NCBI GenBank assembly: GCA_023213395.1 | Contig: CM041465.1 | Span: 246,581,741-246,645,740, forward strand | Reading direction: 5' to 3' | Length of the DNA: 64,000 nucleotides | From: Cycas panzhihuaensis | Taxonomy: Eukaryota > Plantae > Cycadophyta | Shown here: positions 54,611 through 64,000 of the stretch, one piece after another | Position numbering within the stretch: position 1 is the stretch's first letter | How the letters are laid out: every line of letters begins with the position of its first letter | Made by a program: the position numbers and the translations under genes | Notes under the pieces: model-generated | Seen by the model: the letters and a program-made list of their open reading frames with translations, nothing else | Database searches by the model: none | What the model was told of the DNA's origin: nothing

Positions 54611-57300
54611 ACCTTGAATGTCTTTGGGCGGAGCCTTGACTAGGCTAATGACAATGGCGGTTGCTAGGCAATTTGTGTGCTAGGCAATTTGGAATGAATC
54701 TTGAGTCGGTGATGATGATGAGTTAGCGGGGAAGCTTCTTGACTTGGCCGAGTGCTCACTCTTTCTGAAGAGATTTCCTCAAAAACAAAATGACAGAAAA
54801 AAAAGCTAACGATTAAAGCGGAGACCTTAAGGCTTTGATACCAAATGTGGAAAATGGGCATTAGGCCACATTAATCCCAAGATCATAAGTACAATCACAA
54901 TACTATAAATGCATGAAAGCATGAAAGCATAAAAAGCATAAAGAAATAGGAGCAAGAGAAAATGATACCCAATATGTGGAGTTGGAATTGGTCCAACCTC
55001 CCAAGAAGAAAGCAGTTTGATTAGCAAGCGATAGCATAACAATATAGCTCCAACTCTCCTTATGAGACAATGAGGAGAGGTCTCTTTATATAGAGTGAAA
55101 TGAGAGACCTAAGGCCTTGGATGTTTGACAAGTGTCAAACATCCAAGATACATGACTTGGATCATGAGCAAAAGTGCTTGGATCCTCACCTAAGGCCTTG
55201 GATGTTTGACAAGTGTCAAACATCCAACATACATCACTTGGATTACTCAAAAAGGTGCATGAGGGTCCATTGACCCTTTAGTGACAACGTTGTTTCACTA
55301 GAAAGAATGTGGGTGTGCACTTTATCACTTAAGTGATAAGTCACCCCTAAAGTATAAAGTGCATATATTACATGAAAAATAAAAGTACATTCACTTAACA
55401 TTTAAACATAAGGTTTAACAGGCCATTGGGTGCAGATACATAAAGATCAAGTTCTGAAATTGTGAAGTAACAAGATGGTGGAATAATTTTGTAAATGGAT
55501 CATTGAGTAATTAAATTGCAAAGTGGTGAAGTGATGTCCTGGGTGACGAGTATTTTGCAAATTCGCACATGTCAAGGTGAATCGAGTTGCGAAGTTGTGA
55601 AATAAGACTTAAGAGAGGAAATTCTTTGCAACTTTACAAGTGGGGCATTGGGTGCAAATACATAAAGTTTCGAGTTTCAAAATTGTGAAGTAACAGGATG
55701 GTGGTATAAAGCAAACCTTTTGCAATTGTGTAAATAGGCCACCGAGTGGGAAACACATGGGAATAATTGTGAAGATGCAAAATAGAGATGACAAACAAAG
55801 AATTTCTTCTTGCACTTTTACAAATGGATCACTTAGACCACAAACACAAGTATATAAGATTGGGAAAATGCGAAAACAAAGGATTTTGGAAATACAAGCC
55901 TTGAATTGCACTCCAAGGAAAAGGGTTGTAAATCGCCTGTCTAAGGTCATATTTAATTGATTCCAAATGCGTTGGAATCCTTGATCACAAATTTATATTT
56001 TGACATGCAAATGATGAAATATTCATGCAAAACGTGATATGCGTTTGTAGCCTAAAGTACCGATGGTACAGAGAGACAAAGTAAGAGTGCAATTGGTAGA
56101 CACTCACAATTTTTGCCTAGATCATTTTCATTAATGGACGGAACAATGTTAAGGTAGATTCATAGTGAGCTTGTTGAAGGCACTTGTTTTCTAGGATGAG
56201 TAGGGGGATGCAAAAGGACATTATATGCAAAGATATTTTGCTAACTTAGACAAGAAGGCAGAGGGCAGTTATTGCAACTACAATAATTGCAAGCTTTGAT
56301 CCAACCACTACATGGTAGAACTACCCATGAGGGACTTGATGGCGTTAATGATAACAAATTGACTCACCAAGGGGCGGCGGGGGTTTTGTTAGAAAAGGAA
56401 GAGGAAAAGGGATCTTCTTCCACCCCTTCACATCATCATCCTTCAAGAGAAAAGAGTTGTGGAGAGTGACAAAAAAATTGGTGGGTTGAATAGAGGACAT
56501 TAAAGCCCAAGAGCAACTAGAGACCATAGGCCATTTTGGTGACAAGATTCTAAATGTTTGCAGGAATGGTGAAGGGGTGATGTTAGAATCTCTCGATGGA
56601 GCTTTTACAAACTTTTCATAGTTGAATTTCATAAAAGTTGGTCTAAGTGTGTTAAGTATGTTTATATGTTGAAGTAGAATTCTTTAATAGGCAAATCAAC
56701 TCACATTGGAAAAGTTGGTCTAAGTGTGTTAAGCATGTTTATACGTTGACACAGAATTCTTTAATAGACAAATCAACTCACATTGGAATCTCTTAGTTTA
56801 TCTCTATCTAGTGTAAGGGATAAGCTCAATTCTTTAATAGACAAATCAACTCACATTGGAATCTCTTATAGAGTTTATCTTCATCCAGTGTAAGGGATAC
56901 GTTTGGTACATGGCATGAGTATCTGTGTCTATTGTGTTAATCTCATTGGACTATTTTGATGGTGCTTAATTTTTAGTTGGTTTGTGGGGCTTGTTGAGCT
57001 AGTCTTTATTCCTTGAGGCTTCAATGAGTCCTTTCTGTGATATGAAAGGAATTTGGGTTGAGTCCCCTTTTTTCTAAAATTGTCACAAGAATTTGGATTG
57101 AGCGAGTCCCCTTTCTTATGAGGGTTAAGTGAGCTCCCTCCTTGTCCTAGTTATTATTCTAGTGTGCATGAGTAATGCCTCTAGGGTATGAAATCATAAC
57201 CTCATCATGAGTGAGTGCTAGTGTGGTATGAAACACACAACCTCAATATGGTGAGAGCCAACGATGATACATGTAGGGTTATTTGTCATGTAATGCATGG

Positions 57301-57470
57301 TATGGGACACGCAAGTCACATAGAGCAATAGTCCAAGGAGATTGATTCAACAATGAACCATATATAGTATGACATTTTTAGAGGTTATGGGACATGCAAG
57401 TCACACAGAGCAATAGTCCAAAGAGATTGATTCAACAATGAACCATATATAGTATGACATTTCTAGAGGT
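57301..57470. repeat. 85-bp tandem duplication (further short tandem copies at 56630-56900)
   Basis: TATGGGACA...AGAGGT occurs twice. Confidence 0.85.
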
Positions 57471-57959
57471 TATTGAATAAGTTGAAGTGTAGTGAGAAGG
57501 CTCAAATATGTTTAGTAGCATTCCTTTGTAGATTTGTGATCAAAGTAGTCATTTGGATATGTTATGGAGTTGTGAGTAGAGTAAAATATTACTACTCCAA
57601 CATTCATATTATGTGCTCTAGCTTGAGGGTCATTTCCTCCTTAGGAATTTGGATGGTTGGGCGGTGAATTCATGTTTAAGTTGTATGATTGATGACCTAA
57701 TGGTGAACTATATTGCTTTGACACTTAATTTTCTTTCTTGAAATGTTATTATTGAAAATGCGTTTTGAGTGCATTCTGCAAGACATATCTATTCTCTTAA
57801 ACTAGCTATATCTTTTGCGTGTATGTTTTTCACTGTGCACACATACAATGCTTTGTTGTATGTTTCCACAGTTTAAGTAGTTTAGATGGTGTTTGCTTGG
57901 TTGGTAGACTCAGGTGAGTTATAACTAAGTAGGGTCATAGTTAACCCTTGGTTATGATA

Positions 57960-60410
57960 GAGAGGCCATGATAGGGGGTATGAAAGCATCAAAGTGGAAG
58001 TCACAACGGGCTTATTAAGGCCTCAATGTTGGAGCTTGAATAATCAACACGAATTTGGTAGAAGATCATGTTGAATTCTAGTACATTTGTGAGAAATTAA
58101 CCAACCTTGGGAAAATCATACTCAAACATTATGAGGATGGGAAGAATGCTATATAGGGATGACGCTCAAAGGGCACAAGAAGGCCAAAGGAATTTTGGTT
58201 TTGAAGACATGGATGTTGAAGGGTTTCCATGGTATAAGGGGAACTTGCAAAATGATATTTTTGTTGCATTGGTGGAGATTGCTTATAGCTTGTAGGAGCA
58301 ACTAAAGAGTTACAAAGAAGATAATGAAAGGATTTTGAGGAGCCATGAGGAAATGCTCCATAATGTTCAATAGACTATGGACCAAGAAAAGACTTAAAGA
58401 GTCCAAAACACCAAGAGTAATGGGAGAAGAGGCAAACCTTGAGAATTATCAACTCATGAGCATTCAAGTAGGAGAGCCAAGAGAAGGGCTAGAGAGCATA
58501 GTGAGGAATAGTATTTTATGAGCACCTAGTTCTCCAATGAAACTCCCAAATGAGGTGAGTGTAGAGGTAAAAAGAATGCACTCCAATTTGAAATGAGGAC
58601 GTTGAGGCCATTCACTTGTTTTCAATAGGGAAGTCAAGAGTGAAGGCAAAGTAGAGTTGTGGTTGCTCAATGACTTCGGCTCAGCTCTAATGAGAATGTA
58701 AGGATTGTTGCTTATAATTTAACAGGTAAAGCATCCTTGTGGTGGGAACATCACGAGAAGATCAAGGAAATTTGAGAAAGAGACATAAGGTGGAGGAAGC
58801 TTGTCAAGTACTTCAAGCATGAGTATCTCTTAGAGCAGTATTGTGATAAGAAGACATCAACTTCCACGAGTTAAAGTAAGGGAGAATGATAATAGATGAA
58901 TATAAGAGGAAATTCATGGAATTTCTCTAATATGCCCCTTACATCCAAGAAGAAAAGTTAAAGATTCATAGATTCATTACTTTATTCAATGAAAATATTC
59001 AAAATAGAATTAGGATTCATGAGCCTAAGACTTTGGAAGAGGCAATTCATAAGGCTAGATGCTATGAAGACCAATGGGAAAAACTACAAGGCAAGCAAGT
59101 TGTTTAAAAGAGAAGGTGACAACCAAGGCCAAGTCCACCAAGGAGGGATTTCAAACCACAAAGGTTTAGTCAAGGTGGGAGAAATTTCAATCGTCCACTA
59201 GGCAAACCAAGGTCTAATCCATTACCCATGAGTTCCTAGAAATTTGGGGGAAGATAAATGCTATTGATGTAATGAGTGAGGACACTATGCTTCTAATTGT
59301 TCATAAAGACCAAGAATAGAAGGAGGAGCTTGTAACATAAAGTTACAACCCACTGTGCTAGATGAAGTCCAAGATATAAGATACATGCATGTTCATGTAG
59401 CAATTGAGGGAAGACAAACTAATAACCAATTCCATTATGGTGCAAGCAATTGGTAAGATCGCTAGGCAAGATCTTACTATACTTATTGACTTAGGGAGTA
59501 GTGATAATTTTTTACATCCCAAAATTGTGGAGAAGTGTAAGCTCAAGACTCGAACAATCGTCCACTAGGCAAGCCAAGGTCCAATCCATACCCATGAACA
59601 TTGTTAGAAATTTGGGGGAAGGTAGATGTTATCGAAGTAATGAGAGAGGACACTATGCTCTTAATTGTCCACAAAGACCAAGAGTAGGAGGAGGAGCTTG
59701 CAACATAGAGCTACAACCCATTGCGTTAGATGAAGTCCAAGTGATAGGATACATGCATGTTCATGTAGCAATTGAGGGAAGACAAGTTAATAACCAATTC
59801 ATTATGAATGCAAGCAATTGGTAAAATCACAAGGCAAGATCTTACTGTACTTATTGACTCAGGAAGTAGTCATAACTTTTTACATCCCATAATTGTGGAG
59901 AAGTGCAAGCTCAAGACTCAAACCCATAAGGATAAAGAATGTTAGGTAACAAGAGGAAGGTGATCGAATATGTGCTCTTCTATCCATTAAATGGGAGTCA
60001 TGGTCTGCTTTTGCCACATTTATATTCTACCTTTAGGGCATTATGATGCCATCATTAGCTCATAGTGGTTGGCAAGACACTAACCAAAAAATGATTGTTA
60101 TAATAAATTGGTTGAGTATGAATGACAATGGAGAGCCCACTCTCATTCAGGAAAGGAAATTTCCAAGTAGCATTCAACCTATTTCAACAACATAGGTGAA
60201 GAAATGCCAAAGGAAAAATTGTTAAGCTTATGTAGTCCATGTAAATGAAGAAGGGACCTTGGTGGAGCCTAACCAAGTGAATTATCTAGTAATACAAGAA
60301 TTCAAAGATGTATTTTTAGATGAGATATCAGGGTTGCCACCCGAGCAAGAAATGGATTATGCAATCGAACTTATACTAGGAGAAAAATCGCTCTGTAAGA
60401 AATCATATTG
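57960..60410 (+). pseudogene. gag-pol: Decayed Ty3/Gypsy gag-protease-start of RT, truncated
   Basis: Gag TGKASLWWEH, zinc knuckle CYRSNERGHYALNC, protease LIDSGSSHNF, and RT leader EFKDVFLDEISGLPPEQEMDYAIEL. Upstream 47.7-48.1 kb and 55.4-57.9 kb are probably its LTR or leader. Confidence 0.85.
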
Positions 60411-62630
60411 CCTGGTGTTTCCCAGCTATTGGGAATGGACTCGGGACGCATCGACACAGGTTTGTGCAGGTATATGTTCTTACTTTTCTTACTTATGTTT
60501 GCTAAGGGAATTTAGAATAGTTTGATTGACATGTGCCTGCCTACATGCATTTGTTTGATTGCCTGTTCATAACGCATGTGCCTAACGGCACCTCTTAGCC
60601 TATGACGACTCACGGCGAGGGCATCCATAAGCGGATGCGACACCCCGTATGGCGTACAGCCACTCACGATGTCTCCATGGTCTTTCGGGATGCTTGTGCC
60701 AGCTTGCTTATTCGTGTTACCACGTGCCACTTATGTTGCAAACCCTTCCTAAGCCTGGTTTAACCCTTAGTTAGGGCTCTTTGCACCATTTTGAGTACTT
60801 GCCTTTGCAGGCCTTTCCCGATATGGTCGCCCGGTGAAAGCGCTCTCCATGGGGCAATGATCCAGCGCCTAGCGGGAAGGGCATAGAAACAATATGCTAA
60901 GCGAGGCTAACTAGCGGGATCATACCTCGCGGGGCGTCCGTCTTGGCCGGAGTCTGGATGCAGGAGGTGCTGGTTGCTTCAGTGGCCGTGCAAGGCGAGG
61001 CCTTCCTACCCGGATGGTAGGGAAGGGAAAAGAACCTCGCACGTCGCGGCTTCTCAAGGCAATGAGAAGGCGACGAGGGGGCAATCAACCGAGCGTGTCA
61101 CGGGGTAAAGGGGTAAGTGTGGCTAAGGGGTATAGGTAAATGGGACCTATACTACTATGTCGTGCAATGTAATAAAGAAGTACAAGAAAGCAAATGTAAA
61201 GTAAACGATTTATTTTTTTCTTTCTTTCCCTTATGTTCCTTCTGGATCAAAGTAAATGCAGCAGCGTAAAACACAAAGTAAACACGAAGAAGATCGCGGA
61301 AATACACGGACACGGTCAGAAGCGAAATCTGGGTTTCCCTCCTCGGTCGCTCCTTCCCTCGTCTTCGGCGCATACAGCGTCGATCAAGGCGTCGAAGGGG
61401 TTCACTTACCTCCCAGGAGCATGCAGAACTAACAAGCGAAAGAGCGGAAGTAAAGCTCAAAACAACCAAAAAGGGAAAGGCGTACCTCGTGACGGTCGGC
61501 CACAGCGGGTTGACCTCGTGCACCCCTCCTCTCAAGCGATCACGCACACAACGGAGAGAACACCCTCCTCTCGGGAGAGGCTACCAAACAAACAAGATAT
61601 ATGTATATGTATATCTTGAAAATGAAATCAACTAGGCTAGCACGTAGTTAAGCACCAACATATAACGGAAAGGAAACAAAGCGCGCGACACATATGCGGT
61701 ACATCATACCATAAAGCATGCCGAATGGGATTGAGTGTAGCCTCGGGATGGCTAACTCACCCACGAGAGGTCTCCACGGATATAGGAAACAATGCTAGCA
61801 TGCAGCGGGATGGGTCGCGTGACAACAAATGGCCTCACTTGATGAGGAAACTCAAGCCAACCCTCAAGGTTTCTCTGGCCCGTCTCCTAAGCCGGGTGAT
61901 AAAGGGAGAGAGGATAAGGGGCCGGAACCCTTGGGAGAAGGGCGGCAATGGGGGACGGAACCCGCCTATCTCCCTCAAATCCTCGTAAAGCCCTTTATCT
62001 TGCTAGCTTAGAAAATGGCAAAGAGGAAACTCGGTGGGGAGGATGAGTTTTGGGAATCACAGAAAATCGCCTAACCTAGGGCGTTTCTAGTGAGCCACAA
62101 CTACTAAGGTTATATGCATCAAGCGGCCAAAGAAACTCAAAGGAAGTGCATGCAAACAAGAGGAAAGAATTTGCAAGCAACTCAATGGAAAAACAAGCAA
62201 AAAGCACTAATAGAGCCAATAAATACCTTGAATGGAGAAGAATGAGTGCATGTAGGCACTTAGCAACTTAGAGGCGGCCATGAGCGGTGTCAAGTGGAGT
62301 TGAATGTCCTTTGCATGAGAGTGGAAGAGTAGAGCCTCATGCAAGTTGGGAGCTTGAGCGGGTCTTTGGAGTGGATTTTGATGGAAAACCTCTTGAAGCC
62401 TTGGATCTTTGTGAGGAGATGGTGCTTGTAATGGAGCTCGTGAAGCGTGATAGCCCTGCAACTCCCTAATAGCGACCCTCTGTATCTACATCCAAGCTAG
62501 CATGGGAGAAGCTCTCTTGTCACTCTTTCTTTTTGTTTTCTAATAGAGAGTTTTTCTTGGAAGTCTTGAAAAGTGAGTTGAAGAATTTTTTCTTTATGAG
62601 TGAAAAAAAGGCTTTTATGCCTTGGGCATA
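60411..62630. mobile_element. GC/CpG-rich non-coding segment, probably the LTR or UTR of a young unclassified element
   Basis: Abrupt compositional switch that interrupts the Gypsy RT. No recognisable protein motif. Confidence 0.4.
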
Positions 62631-64000
62631 GCAAGTGAACGTTGGGGGCCTTGGGGCGCCTCCAACCGTTCGGAACCACGCGACAGTGGCCGCGTTTTTT
62701 CGTGAGCGCGTGGCTCGAGGCGGTTGGGCTGGCTCACTGCCCAAGGCATAAAGCTTTTTTCACTCATAAAGAAAAATTCTTCAACTCACTTCAGAAAACT
62801 CTCTATTAGAAAACAAAAGAAAGGTGACAAGAGAGCTTCGACGTTGAACAGGGTGTGAGGGGAGTTGCAGGCCGTTGCGAGCTCCACCATCTCTCCTGAT
62901 CAGGCTCAGAGGTTTTCCATCAAAATCCACTCCAAAGACCTTCTCAAGCTCCCGTGAGGCTGCTCGTGCAGGACATTCAACTCCGCTGTGGACGCCAGGC
63001 TGACGGCTGGTGCCTACATGCACTCGTTCTCCGTTCAAGGTATTGGCTCTGTGGTGCTTGTTTTTCCATTGAGTTGCTTGCAAATTCTTTCCTCTTTTGC
63101 ATGCACTGAGTTTCTTTGACCGTTGATGCTAACCTAGGTGGTGACTTACTGTAAGCGCCCTGTTAGCGCGACCTTGTGATTAAACTCATCCTCTTCCAAG
63201 TTTCCTCTTTGCCATTTTCTAAGCTAGCCGACATAAAGGCTTTCTAAAGATTTGAGGAGATAGTGATCCGTCCCGTGAAGATAGGCGGGGTTAGTCCCCA
63301 TTGCCGATCCTTCTCCCCAAGGGTTCCGTCCTTATCCTCTCTCCCTTTATCACCCGCGCTTTCTTAGGAGACGGGGCTAGAGAAACCTTGGAGGGTTGGC
63401 TTGAGTTTCCTCATTGGCGGAGGCCATTTGTTGTCACGCGACCCATCCTGTTGCATGCTAGCATTGTTTCCCTATATCCTGTGGAGACCTCTCGTGGGTG
63501 AGTTAGCCATCCCGAGGCTACACTCAATCCCATTCGGTCTATGCTTTTATATGTTGTATGACGCAAATCGCATATGCTGGCTGATTTCATTTTCCTATAT
63601 GTGCATATGTTGGTGCTGTAACTAGCCTAGTTGATTTCATTTTCGGTGCATACATATAGTTCTTCGGTTGTTGGAGCGCTCGAGGGAGGGTGTTCTCTCC
63701 GGATTGTGCGGATCGCTTGAGAGGCTGGAGCGGCACGTTGAGGACTCAGCTGCTGTGGCCCGTCACGGGAAGAAACGCCTTTCGTTTCTGTTGCTGTTAT
63801 TCGTGCTTTCCGCTTTTTGGCGTTGTCGTTTCTGGATGCCAGCCTCGTGCTGCGTCCTGCGAGAATGCTCTGCCTTGCTGCGATCGCCTTCGCTGCCGTT
63901 GAAGGCGACTCGATTCTCGCTGACTTCAAGTGAAAACCTGCGCTGCAAACTGACGTCTGCCGTGAATGATCCGCTAGTAGCTTGCGACGCTGATTATTTC
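60900..64000. repeat. Giant fold-back inverted repeat centred at ~62680
   Basis: 62582-62628 is the reverse complement of 62738-62779. The mirroring continues clearly to at least 61250 vs 63930, and the outer limit is approximate. The right arm is riddled with deletions. Confidence 0.9.

Larger units (their letters stand above)
48134..55420 (-). mobile_element. Young full-length Ty1/Copia retrotransposon F
   Basis: Near-identical TG...CA LTRs at 48134-48711 and 54846-55420, perfect TSD GGCCA, PBS at 54832-54843, and minus-strand PPT AGAAGGGGG next to 48711. Confidence 0.97.

Noticed and set aside
60512-63948. Numerous 60-130 aa ORFs in the GC-rich end
   Set aside because: Expected by chance at higher GC. 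They have no motifs and the frames are not conserved between the two arms.

Overview
This is AT-rich, TE-saturated plant nuclear DNA, probably from a large-genome non-flowering plant (inference). It is not prokaryotic, and I see no CRISPR, rRNA or tRNA. Bases 1-25.6 kb are a nested cluster of LTR retrotransposons. Four are short non-autonomous Copia-derived elements (X 1-4502, A 6218-25590, B 9230-19509 inside A, D 14615-18941 inside B). A, B and D keep only a Gag N-terminus plus an RNase H C-terminal tail; for X only the Gag start is in the window. A decayed full-length Copia (C, 19590-24921) also sits inside A. Bases 26.1-35.6 kb are a full-length decayed L1 LINE carrying a non-coding LTR element (E), which itself carries a solo LTR. 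One host gene starts at 43469; two exons are visible, it resembles SAP-domain/C3H62-like proteins, and two G-quadruplex motifs lie just before the ATG. Its very large presumed second intron holds a tRNA-SINE, a LINE fragment, a 282-bp miniature LTR element, a young Copia (F, 48134-55420, TSD GGCCA) and a decayed Gypsy. The window ends in a giant fold-back inverted repeat. That repeat and 1.75-2.9 kb look like long-read assembly artefacts. All coordinates and comparisons were read by eye.
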